Below are positions 8,896 to 20,940 of a DNA stretch of 64,000 bases, piece after piece (positions within the stretch are counted from its first letter, which is position 1; every line of letters starts with the position of its first letter). The notes beneath the pieces were generated by a model. It made no database searches. It was not told the DNA's origin and saw only the letters and a program-made list of their open reading frames with translations. The translations under genes and the position numbers were made by a program. Source of the DNA: an uncultured Pseudomonadota bacterium (GTDB taxonomy: Bacteria; Pseudomonadota; Alphaproteobacteria; JACZXZ01); the NCBI GenBank assembly GCA_963749075.1, contig CAVVLJ010000017.1, positions 64,001 to 128,000 of the forward strand, read 5' to 3'.

Positions 8896-9369
8896 TCAGG
8901 CCGCTTCTAGCGCGGCGCTGAGAGCTTTGAAGAATGCCGGCACGTCGTCCACGGAGCGCGCGGTGATCGTGCGGCCGTCGACGACGACCGCGCCATCCTC
9001 CGCCCCGGGAGCGGCCGCGGCAAGCCCCTTGGGGCGACCTGCCGCGGCGAGAAACTCGCTTCCGCTGGAGATCGCCGCGAGGATGGCGCCCTGGCGCCCG
9101 GCCGCGCTCACGAAGGCACGCCCGCTCTCGTCGCCCGCCATGCCGCCGGGCAGCACGACCGCGTCGAATTCGCCGGGCACGGCGTCCTTGAAGCCGATGT
9201 CGGGCTGCACGGGATAGCCGAGCCGGCTGCGGTAGGTCCGCTCGGCGTCGGCGCCCACCACCGTGACCTTGGCGCCCAGCTCGCGCAGACGCAGCACCGG
9301 ATACCAGAATTCCAGCTCCTGATAGTGCTCGCCGACAAGGACGGCCACGCGCTTTTCGGCCAGAGCCAT
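8896..9369 (-). CDS. DJ-1/PfpI family paralog lacking the catalytic Cys (AAISSG)
   Basis: YQELEFWYP, LPGG and DGRTITAR motifs; CH replaced by SS; internal deletions relative to the 7108-7776 paralog. Confidence 0.85.
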   Translation of the reverse strand: MALAEKRVAVLVGEHYQELEFWYPVLRLRELGAKVTVVGADAERTYRSRLGYPVQPDIGFKDAVPGEFDAVVLPGGMAGDESGRAFVSAAGRQGAILAAISSGSEFLAAAGRPKGLAAAAPGAEDGAVVVDGRTITARSVDDVPAFFKALSAALEAA

Positions 9370-9393
9370 TGTTCCGCCATTGCCCCGCATAGC

Positions 9394-9626
9394 TGTCTGA
9401 CAAATGAACTTTAGACCGCCTTGCCGCGACGCGCAATAGACTCGCCGTGCAATGCGCGCACGGCCGGTCCGTGCCCCGCCCGGTTCCAACGCTCTTATAC
9501 GAATCGATTGAAATCTTTGACGTTCGTGGCCGTAGCGCGATCCGAACGAGCGCATGCGAAATGCATCTTGCACGGCTGCGGCGTCGGTCCTACCATGCCG
9601 CGGTGGTACATTCGAGCGGTCATACA
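9394..9626. promoter_or_regulatory. Three putative FadR/GntR operators in the divergent promoter region
   Basis: TGTCTGACA (9394-9402), GGTCCTACC (9586-9594) and GGTCATACA (9618-9626) fit the FadR-type GT-N3-AC palindrome. Confidence 0.55.
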
Positions 9627-9656
9627 AATGACGGCGCGCGACGTGGGCGCTTCAAG

Positions 9657-10394
9657 ATGCCGCGCCGCAGCGTCGTCGGAGAAGTGCGCAGGCAGCTGCT
9701 CGCCCTCATCGAGTCCGGCGAGCTCAAGGTCGATGAGCGGCTGCCCTCCGAGCTCGAGCTCGCCCGCTCCTTCGGGGTGAGCCGCCCGGTCATCCGCGAG
9801 GCCCTCGTCACCTTGCACGCGCTCGGGGTCACCGCCGCGCGGACCGGCCGCGGCACCTTCGTCGCCTCCAACCGCGCGCGGCTGCCGCTCTTGCAGGGCC
9901 GCTACGCGCCGGCCCATCTCGAGGAGATCCGGCGCCATCTCGAGGTGCCGGCGGCCCGGCTCGCGGCGGAGCGGCGGACCCAGGAGGACGTGAAGCGTCT
10001 CGGCGAGATACTTGCGATGGTCAACGAGGCGGAGGACCCCGCCTACCGCAACAAGCTCGATGCGCGCTTCCACATTGCGATGGCCGAGGCGACGGGAAAC
10101 CCGCTCTTCGCGCGGCTGGTCGAGGATCTCCGCGCCATGCTGGAGGAGCAGTCGCTCGCCGTCTCCGCCGTGCCCGGCCGGCGCCAGCAGGCGAGCGCCG
10201 AGCACAGCGCGCTCTACGAGGCTATCCTGCGGCGCGACCCGCGGGCCGCTGCCGACGCCATGGCGGCACACCTCGACGAGGTCGAGGCCTCGCTCGCGAG
10301 GCTGGAGGCCTCGCCCGGCATGGGCGGAGCCGGAGATACGCAGCACCCGCGCGAGCGCGAGCATGCCGAGGCGGGCGGCCGTGCCGGGGAGTGA
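9657..10394 (+). CDS. FadR/GntR family transcriptional regulator
   Basis: LPSELELARSFGVSRPVIREAL HTH plus FCD domain (DARFH, EH). Confidence 0.93.
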   Translation: MPRRSVVGEVRRQLLALIESGELKVDERLPSELELARSFGVSRPVIREALVTLHALGVTAARTGRGTFVASNRARLPLLQGRYAPAHLEEIRRHLEVPAARLAAERRTQEDVKRLGEILAMVNEAEDPAYRNKLDARFHIAMAEATGNPLFARLVEDLRAMLEEQSLAVSAVPGRRQQASAEHSALYEAILRRDPRAAADAMAAHLDEVEASLARLEASPGMGGAGDTQHPREREHAEAGGRAGE

Positions 10395-10431
10395 TCCGGC
10401 GGCGGCGTCCAGCGCGCGCAGAGGGCGGGAG

Positions 10432-11214
10432 ATGAGCGCGAACGCCATCGACTGCGCCTATTCGAGCGAGGGTGCTGGGCCGCCCGTCCTCATGATCCAC
10501 GGCGTGGGGGCGCGCCGCGAGGTGTGGTCCGGGCTGATCGAGCGCCTCAAGCCCAGCTACCGCTGCATCAGCTACGATCTGCGCGGCCATGGCCAATCGC
10601 CGAAGCCGGCCGTGCCCTTCGCATTGGAGGACCTCGTCGCCGATCTCGAAGCGCTGCGCGCCGGCCTCGGCATCGAGAAGGCCCATGTGGTGGGCCACTC
10701 GCTCGGCGGCATGGTGGCACCCGCCTATGCGCGGCGTCATCCCGGGCGCACCCTCTCGGTGACGCTCTTGAGCACCGCGGCCGGGCGCAGCGAGGCGGAT
10801 CGCGCGCGCGCGGGCGCCGTGGTGGCGGCCATGGAGGAGAAGGGCATGAGCGCCGTGCTCGGCATGCTCGCCGAGCGCTGGTTCTCGCCGGAGTTCGCCC
10901 GCAGCCGGCCCGGTGCCGTCGATGCGCGCTTGCGCCAGGCTGCGGAGACCGACCCCGCCGTCTATCTGCAATGCTTCCGCATCTATGCCGAGACCGAGAT
11001 GGCGCCGTGGCTCCCCGAAGTGGCGGCGCCGGCGCTCCTCGTCACCGGCGAGGAGGACGCGGGATGCAGCCCGCGGCTCAACCGCATCATGAGCGAAACC
11101 TTGCCCGATGCCCGGCTCGCCGTCCTCGCGGGGCTCCGCCATTCGATCCTGATCGAGGCGCCCGGGCGCGTGGCCGAGCCCGTTCTCGCCTTCCTCCGCT
11201 CGCTTGCGCCATAG
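10432..11214 (+). CDS. Alpha/beta hydrolase (3-oxoadipate enol-lactonase-like)
   Basis: IHGVG, YDLRGHG, GHSLGG nucleophile elbow, and catalytic D and H. Confidence 0.88.
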   Translation: MSANAIDCAYSSEGAGPPVLMIHGVGARREVWSGLIERLKPSYRCISYDLRGHGQSPKPAVPFALEDLVADLEALRAGLGIEKAHVVGHSLGGMVAPAYARRHPGRTLSVTLLSTAAGRSEADRARAGAVVAAMEEKGMSAVLGMLAERWFSPEFARSRPGAVDARLRQAAETDPAVYLQCFRIYAETEMAPWLPEVAAPALLVTGEEDAGCSPRLNRIMSETLPDARLAVLAGLRHSILIEAPGRVAEPVLAFLRSLAP

Positions 11215-11220
11215 CGGCGC

Positions 11221-12801
11221 TCAGCGTGCCCGCACGCGCGCGTCGATCGCGGCGACGGCCGCGTGGGCGGAGAGCACCGCTCCCTCCTGCCAGCCGTTGA
11301 GATAGCTCAGGTGCTCGCCCGCGAGATGGATCGGGCCCTCGGGCTCGAGGAGCGTCGCGTAGGCGCCCTTGCGCCCCTCCTCGCTCCAATCGGCCCAGGC
11401 GCCGAGGCTGTGGGGAACCTTGACCCAGGCGACCGAGATGCCGTGCGCCACGTCGCGGCCGAAGCCCGGGTGAAGGGCGCTGGCGTTGGCGACGGCGAGC
11501 GCCGTGCGCGCGGCGGGTGCCAACTCGGCGAAGCGCTGGCCGATCTCGTCGCTCCAGATATAGGCGCCGACGAGGATGCCCCTGCGGCCGTGGAAGCCGC
11601 TCGAGGGGTACCACATTTGCGTGATGTCCTGGTCGGTCCAGGAGATGCCGCCGTAGATGCCGTCGTCCATCTCCCAGAAGCGCCGCTTGGCCTCGAAGGC
11701 GAGCTTGGCCGCCTTGGCGTAGCGGGCGGCCGCGATCGCCGTCCTGAAGGCCGGCGAGAAATCGGCCGCGATGCCGGCCAGCACCGAGAGCGGGATGGTG
11801 CAGATGCAGAAGTCGGCGCCAAGCGCGTGGCTGCCGCCCCGCTTGCCGTCGCGGTAGACGATGCGCACCCCGTCGCCGGCGCGGCGGATCTCCTTGACCT
11901 CTGCGTGGGCGCGGATCATCGGGCGCACGCGCCGCTCGAAGGCGCGGGCGATGCCGTCCATGCCGCCTCTCGGCTGCAGCATGGTCGGCGCGAAGTCGAT
12001 GAGCTCGCCGAAGTCGATCTGGAAATAGGCGAACTCGCTCTTGAGGATCTCGGAGAGCGGCAGCGGCTCGAGCGGCTTCCCCGCGGCGAGGCCGGCGCCC
12101 GGCCACACCTCATAGCCCGCGCGCGGCGAGCCCGCGTAGCGGCCGTCGCGGCCGAGCGCTCCGAAGCTCCGCAGCATGTGGAGGAGGCGCTCGCGGTCCT
12201 CGGCGCCGACGCTCTCGTCGAGCGCCTTCCGGCTCACCGCCTTCGCGAGGAGCTCGGCGATGTAGCCGCGGCTGTCGCCGATCAGCCGGCGGGCGCGCAG
12301 CGGCTTGCCGCCGAATGCCGCGGCGCTGTGGAAATAGGCATTGCGGTTGTCGTTGACCATGACCTCGAGCGGCACGCCGAAGTCGCGGCAATAGCCGATG
12401 ATGGCCTGGTGGTGCTGCGGGAGGCGCGCCGGGCCGGCGTTGAAGTACATCTCCGCCCCGCGCGCGAAGCCGCAGCGCTGGCGGCTTGCGAGCTCCTCCA
12501 CCACGTCGCCCGAGCGCAGCGTCCAATTGCGCCCGCCGGCGCGGCCGCGGGCCTCGAGGAGCGTGCAGCGATAGCCGGCGCGGGCGAGCTCGTAGGCGGC
12601 GGTCATGCCGGCGATCCCGGCGCCGAGGATGGCGACCCGCGTGCCCTTCCCCGAGCCGGGTGCGAGCTTGGGCGGCCCCGCATAGGCCGCCGGCACGGCG
12701 ATGAGGCCCATGGCGGCCATGGTGTTGTAGAGCGCCGCGGCGCCGCCCGCCCGGCCGACGAGATTGAGGAAGCTGCGGCGCGTGAGCCGCGGCCTCGTCA
12801 T
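11221..12801 (-). CDS. Tat-exported flavin monoamine oxidase / L-amino acid oxidase family protein
   Basis: TRRSFL Tat motif; GAGIAG, RAGGR and AGEH..WQEGA motifs. Confidence 0.9.
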   Translation of the reverse strand: MTRPRLTRRSFLNLVGRAGGAAALYNTMAAMGLIAVPAAYAGPPKLAPGSGKGTRVAILGAGIAGMTAAYELARAGYRCTLLEARGRAGGRNWTLRSGDVVEELASRQRCGFARGAEMYFNAGPARLPQHHQAIIGYCRDFGVPLEVMVNDNRNAYFHSAAAFGGKPLRARRLIGDSRGYIAELLAKAVSRKALDESVGAEDRERLLHMLRSFGALGRDGRYAGSPRAGYEVWPGAGLAAGKPLEPLPLSEILKSEFAYFQIDFGELIDFAPTMLQPRGGMDGIARAFERRVRPMIRAHAEVKEIRRAGDGVRIVYRDGKRGGSHALGADFCICTIPLSVLAGIAADFSPAFRTAIAAARYAKAAKLAFEAKRRFWEMDDGIYGGISWTDQDITQMWYPSSGFHGRRGILVGAYIWSDEIGQRFAELAPAARTALAVANASALHPGFGRDVAHGISVAWVKVPHSLGAWADWSEEGRKGAYATLLEPEGPIHLAGEHLSYLNGWQEGAVLSAHAAVAAIDARVRAR

Positions 12802-12849
12802 GGGCCGTGCCTCCGCCCGCCTCGCTGGCGGAACGACGGCGGCGCTTGC

Positions 12850-13323
12850 CTATTGCAGCTCGATGTGGACGTTGCGGTTCTCTTGGCTGTGGACATTTCG
12901 CGGCGTCAGCACGCGGAGATCGGTCTTGCCCTTGGCGATGGTCGTGATGTCGCCCTCCGGCACGCCGTGCGCGACGAGGTACTTCTTCGCCTGCTCCGCG
13001 CGCCGCTGCGTCAGCCGCGCGTCGTCGGTCGCGACGCCGGCGGTGTCGGCGTGGCCGGTCAGGATCACCTTCGGCGCTCCCAGCTTCTTGATGGCGGCCA
13101 CCACGTCGTCAAGCGTCTTCTGCGCGTCAGGTCGGATGAAGAATTGGTCCGAGGCGAAGTAGATCCAGAATTCCTTCGCCGACGGCGCCGCCGGTTGGCC
13201 CGCTGCCGCTTGAGCAAGGCGAAGCGGCGATGGCGCCGCGCCCGCGCGCGTCCCCGCCGCGTCAGTGAGCGCCAGCGCCGTCAGGATGAAAAGCGACGCC
13301 GCGATGCGTGCTGCGATCCCCAT
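12850..13323 (-). CDS. OmpA-like peptidoglycan-binding protein
   Basis: Signal peptide; GHADTAG, RRAEQAK and ENRNV motifs. Confidence 0.85.
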   Translation of the reverse strand: MGIAARIAASLFILTALALTDAAGTRAGAAPSPLRLAQAAAGQPAAPSAKEFWIYFASDQFFIRPDAQKTLDDVVAAIKKLGAPKVILTGHADTAGVATDDARLTQRRAEQAKKYLVAHGVPEGDITTIAKGKTDLRVLTPRNVHSQENRNVHIELQ

Positions 13324-13349
13324 GCCCCCTCCCCCGTCAACAGCTGCGC

Positions 13350-13426
13350 TGGTCGGGGCGCCCGGACTCGAACCGGGGGCCTCCTGCTCCCAAAGCAGGC
13401 GCTCTACCAGGCTGAGCTACGCCCCG
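13350..13426 (-). tRNA. tRNA-Pro(TGG)
   Basis: Reverse complement CGGGGCGTAGCTCAGCCTGGTAGAGCGCCTGCTTTGGGAGCAGGAGGCCCCCGGTTCGAGTCCGGGCGCCCCGACCA. Confidence 0.97.
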
Positions 13427-13542
13427 AGCGCAAGCGAATTACGCTTGTAGTGGTTCTTCAGGTGACCGGCAAGCGCTAAGCCTTCCCATATGCGGTGGAA
13501 ATCGGGCACAATCCCGAGCGCACCATAACAGAGAGGTGAGCC

Positions 13543-14208
13543 TTGTCCTCGCGCGTCCTCAACGTCACCGGCCGAATTTACGATTACCTCCTCTCAGCCT
13601 CGCTGCGCGACGACAAGCTCTTGCGGCGGCTGCGCGCGGAGACCCGGCGCCTGCCCATGGGCGGCATGCAGATCTCGCCGGAGCAGGGCCAGTTCATGGC
13701 TCTCCTCGTCGAGCTCTTGGGTGCCAAGACGGCGCTCGAGATCGGCACCTTCACCGGCTACAGCTCGCTCGCCGTCGCACGCGCGCTGCCCGACGACGGC
13801 CGGCTGCTCTGCTGCGACGTGAGCGAGGAGTACACGCGCGTCGCGCGCAAATACTGGCTCGAGGCCGGCGTCGCGCACAAGGTGACGCTCGAGCTCGGCC
13901 CGGCGCTCGCCACGCTCGACCGTCTCCTTAAGGAGGGGCGCGGCGAAAGCTTCGACTTCGCCTTCATCGACGCCGACAAGACGAACTACCGGCACTATTA
14001 CGAGCGCTGCATGGCGCTCGTGCGGCCGGGCGGACTCATCGCCATCGACAACGTGCTGTGGAGCGGCCGCGTCGCCGACGCCAAGCGGCAGGACCCCGAC
14101 ACCAGGGCGATCCGCGCCTTCAACGCACGGCTCAAGCGCGACGGGCGCGTCTCGCTCAGCATGCTGCCGCTCGGCGACGGCTTGAGCCTCGCGCTGAAAC
14201 GCGTCTGA
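13543..14208 (+). CDS. SAM-dependent O-methyltransferase (caffeoyl-CoA OMT-like)
   Basis: LEIGTFTGYS, FIDADK and DNVLWSG motifs. Confidence 0.93.
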   Translation: MSSRVLNVTGRIYDYLLSASLRDDKLLRRLRAETRRLPMGGMQISPEQGQFMALLVELLGAKTALEIGTFTGYSSLAVARALPDDGRLLCCDVSEEYTRVARKYWLEAGVAHKVTLELGPALATLDRLLKEGRGESFDFAFIDADKTNYRHYYERCMALVRPGGLIAIDNVLWSGRVADAKRQDPDTRAIRAFNARLKRDGRVSLSMLPLGDGLSLALKRV

Positions 14209-14215
14209 GCGCCGC

Positions 14216-14692
14216 TCAGCGCTGGAAGATCGGGTGGATGACCCGGTCGCCCGGCTTGATATCGAGCCGGGCCGCCGTGCCGCTCGCGAGCTCGAGCACG
14301 GCGAGCACCGGCTCGCCCGAGCTGATCGGCGTGCGGGAGAGCGGCACCGTGCGCTCGGCGACGCGCACGATGCGGCCGTCCTCGGCGATGAAGAGCATGT
14401 CGAGCGGGATGTAGGTGTTCTCCATCCACATGGCGACCGTCTCGCTCTCCTTGAAGTCGAAGAGCATGCCGGCATCGGGCGCGAGCGCCGTGCGGTACAT
14501 GAGGCCCTCGCTGCGCTCTTCGTCCGTGCTCGCGAGCTCGACGGTGAAGTGCTGCTCCTTGCCGTCCGCGGTCGTGATGACGAGGGCGCTCTTGGGCAGT
14601 GCTGCCGAGAGCGCCGTTCCGGGTGCTGCCGCGAGGAAGGCGCCCGCCAGCGCAAGCACGAGGAGCGCCGGCAGTTTGCTCAAGAGCCGCAT
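14216..14692 (-). CDS. DUF192 family exported protein
   Basis: GLMYR, GMLF, MWMENTYIPLDMLFI and VLEL motifs. Confidence 0.92.
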   Translation of the reverse strand: MRLLSKLPALLVLALAGAFLAAAPGTALSAALPKSALVITTADGKEQHFTVELASTDEERSEGLMYRTALAPDAGMLFDFKESETVAMWMENTYIPLDMLFIAEDGRIVRVAERTVPLSRTPISSGEPVLAVLELASGTAARLDIKPGDRVIHPIFQR

Positions 14693-14854
14693 CGCTCAGC
14701 CTCCAACTGCCATTGCCGAGACGCGCGGCATCGCCAAGGGCTGCTTCGAGCCGTAGCTCGAGCGGCGGTGCATCACGCTGCCGATGATATGCCTAGCACC
14801 AGCCATGGCGGCGGAGTGTAGCGGAGCGCCGGTCCGCGACAAAGCCCGCGCGCG

Positions 14855-15076
14855 TCAGTGCTTGCCCCGTTCGAGGAGGGCGGCGATCCTCGGCGGAACC
14901 GGCTCCCCGGCGAGGGACTCGTGGAGCGCCCGCAGGCCGGCTATGAGCGCATCGCCTTGGCGCTTGCGCCTTCGGCGAGCGCCGGGCTCGCCGTCTTCCG
15001 GTCCGGTGGCGCGGGCCGGGCCGGCACGGCCACCCGCGAAAAGACGCGCACCCTCGAGCCGCTTCTAAATGACCAT
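14855..15076 (-). pseudogene. NepR-like anti-sigma ORF with an in-frame TAG at codon 4
   Basis: Manual translation MVI*KRLEG...RRRRKRQGDALIAGLRALHESLAGEPVPPRIAALLERGKH*. The C-terminus resembles the NepR/anti-sigma motif LR..Y.....EPVP.R...LL. Confidence 0.45.
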
Positions 15077-15312
15077 GCCCACCCGAGGCTTCCCTCTTGG
15101 CGCCGGGAGGGGTCGGCGCCGGACCGGCGTTCGTTCGCCGGCGTCAGTTCGGCAGCCGCCGTCGCTCGCCCTCCTGCGCGAGGCGCGCCGCCCACCGCCG
15201 CCGCCGTCGCGCCCGCGCCATCTCCGCAGTCTCGGCCGCTTTCGAGACTTGCCCTCCGCCTATGCGCACCGTAGTTTGCGGCAGCGCCAGCAGAGCCGCG
15301 AGGGAAGAGACG

Positions 15313-15909
15313 ATGGACATGTCGGGCGAGTATCGCATCGCGGCACCGCGAGAGCGCGTGTGGGCGGCGCTCAACGATGCCGAGATCCTCAAGCAATGCA
15401 TTCCGGGCTGCGAGACGATCGAGAAGCTGTCGCCCACCGAGTTCACCGCCAAGGTCGTGGCCAAGGTGGGGCCGGTCAAGGCATCCTTCACGGGCGCCGT
15501 GACGCTTTCGGACCTCGTGCCGCCCGAGCACTACAAGATCAGCGGCGAGGGCAAGGGCGGTCCGGCCGGCTTCGCCAAGGGCGGTGCCGAGGTCAACCTC
15601 GAGGAGGCAGGGGCGGAAACCGTGCTGCGCTACCGCGTGCAGGCCAACGTCGGCGGCAAACTCGCCCAGATCGGCTCGCGCCTCATCGACGGCACGGCAA
15701 AGAAGCTCTCCGAGGAGTTCTTCGGCAAGTTCGCCCAGGTGGTGGGCGCCGCGAACGCGCCTCAAGCGGCGGCGGCGGCACCGCCGCTTGCGGCCGAGCC
15801 GGCTGAACGGCCGGGTGCTCCCACATCCGCCGCGGGCCTTCCGCCGATCGTCTGGATTGCCGGCGTCATCGTCATCGTCATAGCCCTCCTCGCCATCTTC
15901 GTGCTCTGA
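15313..15909 (+). CDS. coxG: CoxG (SRPBCC) accessory protein with C-terminal membrane anchor
   Basis: VWAALND..L..CIPGC and GGKLAQIGSRL motifs. Confidence 0.92.
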   Translation: MDMSGEYRIAAPRERVWAALNDAEILKQCIPGCETIEKLSPTEFTAKVVAKVGPVKASFTGAVTLSDLVPPEHYKISGEGKGGPAGFAKGGAEVNLEEAGAETVLRYRVQANVGGKLAQIGSRLIDGTAKKLSEEFFGKFAQVVGAANAPQAAAAAPPLAAEPAERPGAPTSAAGLPPIVWIAGVIVIVIALLAIFVL

Positions 15910-16047
15910 GGAAAGCCCGGGAAATTCGAGCGGACTCCGCCACCCTACGGCTTGACGGCGCGGCACCCGGCGGACCACACTAGGGTCAAATTCTCGGGGA
16001 CCCGTTTTGCGCGGGCCGCCCGTGTCGCAAAGCTTCAGGGAGGAATC

Positions 16048-16524
16048 ATGACCGCTGTCACGGTTTCCATGACGGTGAACGGCAAGCCCGTCACGGCGTC
16101 GGTCGAGGCGCGCACCTTGCTGGTTCAGCTGCTGCGCGAGAAACTCTCGCTTACCGGCACCCACGTGGGCTGCGATACCAGCCAGTGCGGCGCCTGCGTC
16201 GTCCAAGTGGACGGCCGCTCGGTCAAGAGCTGCACGCTCCTCGCGGTCCAGGCCGACGGCGCCAAAGTCACCACCATCGAGGGCCTCGCCAAGGACGGCA
16301 AGCTCCACCCCATGCAGGAAGCCTTCCGCGAGAACCACGGGCTGCAGTGCGGCTTCTGCACGCCCGGCATGGTGATGAGCGCCGTCGATCTCGTGCAGCA
16401 CAACGCCGACCCGAGCGAGCGCGAGGTGCGCGAATGGCTCGAGGGCAACATCTGCCGCTGCACGGGCTACCACAACATCGTCAAGGCCATCCGCGCTGGT
16501 GCGGCGGCCATGAAGGGGGCGTGA
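16048..16524 (+). CDS. coxS: [2Fe-2S] small subunit of a CODH-like molybdoenzyme
   Basis: [18 protein letters not shown] and CRCTGY motifs. Confidence 0.95.
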   Translation: MTAVTVSMTVNGKPVTASVEARTLLVQLLREKLSLTGTHVGCDTSQCGACVVQVDGRSVKSCTLLAVQADGAKVTTIEGLAKDGKLHPMQEAFRENHGLQCGFCTPGMVMSAVDLVQHNADPSEREVREWLEGNICRCTGYHNIVKAIRAGAAAMKGA

Positions 16525-16525
16525 C

Positions 16526-18903
<2,378 letters not shown>

Positions 18904-18917
18904 GGGAGAGTGGAACG

Positions 18918-19712
18918 ATGTACGACTTCAATTATCACCGGCCGAAAAGCCTGAGCGATGCCGCCAAGCTGCTCGGCGGCAGCGAGGACCCCAAGCTCGT
19001 GGCAGGCGGCATGACCCTCATCCCGACGCTCAAGCAGCGCCTGGCGCGGCCCTCCGATCTCGTCGACCTCGACGCGATCGGCGAGCTCAAGGGTATTAAG
19101 CGCGAGGGCAATGCCATCGTCATCGGCGCCATGACGCGCCATGCGGACGTGGCAGCTTCGGCCGAGGTCAAGAAGGCGATCCCGGCGCTCGCGGATCTCG
19201 CCGACGGCATTGGCGACCCGCAGGTGCGCAACCGCGGCACTATCGGCGGCTCGGTAGCCAACGCCGATCCTGCCGCCGATTATCCCGCCGCCGTGGTCGG
19301 CCTCGGCGCCACGGTCGTCACCAACAAGCGCAAGATCGCGGCCGACGATTTCTTCAAGGGCCTCTTCGAGACGGCGCTCGAGGCGAGCGAGATCGTGACC
19401 GCCGTGAGCTTCCCGGTGCCGGAGAAGGCGGCCTACGTCAAGTTCCCCAATCCCGCCTCGCGCTATGCCATCGTGGGCGTGCTCGTCGCCAAGACCTCGG
19501 GCGGCGTGCGCGTCGCCGTGACCGGCGCCGGCCCGTCCGTGTTCCGCCTCAAGGCGGCGGAGGAGGCGCTGGCCAAGAGCTGGTCTCCGGCGGCGCTCGA
19601 CGGCATCAAGGTGCCCGAGGACGGCCTCAACTCCGACATCCATGCGAGTGCGGAATACCGCGCCCACCTCGTGGGCGTGATGGCCAAGCGCGCGGTGCAA
19701 GCCGCCGGCTGA
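18918..19712 (+). CDS. coxM: FAD-binding medium subunit
   Basis: AGGMTL and QVRNRGTIGGS motifs. Confidence 0.94.
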   Translation: MYDFNYHRPKSLSDAAKLLGGSEDPKLVAGGMTLIPTLKQRLARPSDLVDLDAIGELKGIKREGNAIVIGAMTRHADVAASAEVKKAIPALADLADGIGDPQVRNRGTIGGSVANADPAADYPAAVVGLGATVVTNKRKIAADDFFKGLFETALEASEIVTAVSFPVPEKAAYVKFPNPASRYAIVGVLVAKTSGGVRVAVTGAGPSVFRLKAAEEALAKSWSPAALDGIKVPEDGLNSDIHASAEYRAHLVGVMAKRAVQAAG

Positions 19713-19837
19713 ATGCCGCCGCCATTCTTTGCGAAAGCGGAGGGGCCTTGCGAGAGCGGAGGGGCTTGCCGCGCGGCACCCCTCCGCCCCATTTTTGGGG
19801 GGTGCCATCGCGCGATGCCGAGACAAAGAAGCCGACC

Positions 19838-20779
<942 letters not shown>

Positions 20780-20795
20780 GGGAGTGTCGAGCGAG

Positions 20796-20940
20796 CAATC
20801 CCTCACCCTCCCATGGCCTTCGGCCATGGGCCCCTCCCTCTCCCGTAAACGGGAGAGGGTGTGTCCGGCAATGTCGTCCCCTCTCCCGCTTGCGGGAGAG
20901 GGAGGGACCCATTGCGTAGCAATGGGAGGGTGAGGGATTG
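20796..20940. repeat. Palindromic MITE/REP-like element, family B, at the coxE start
   Basis: Perfect terminal inverted repeat CAATCCCTCACCCTCCCAT / ATGGGAGGGTGAGGGATTG, with internal CCCTCTCCCG..CGGGAGAGGG hairpins. Confidence 0.85.

Noticed and set aside
15065-15067. Pyrrolysine or recoded amber codon in the NepR-like ORF
   Set aside because: No pyl genes are visible and TAG is used as a normal stop by many genes here.
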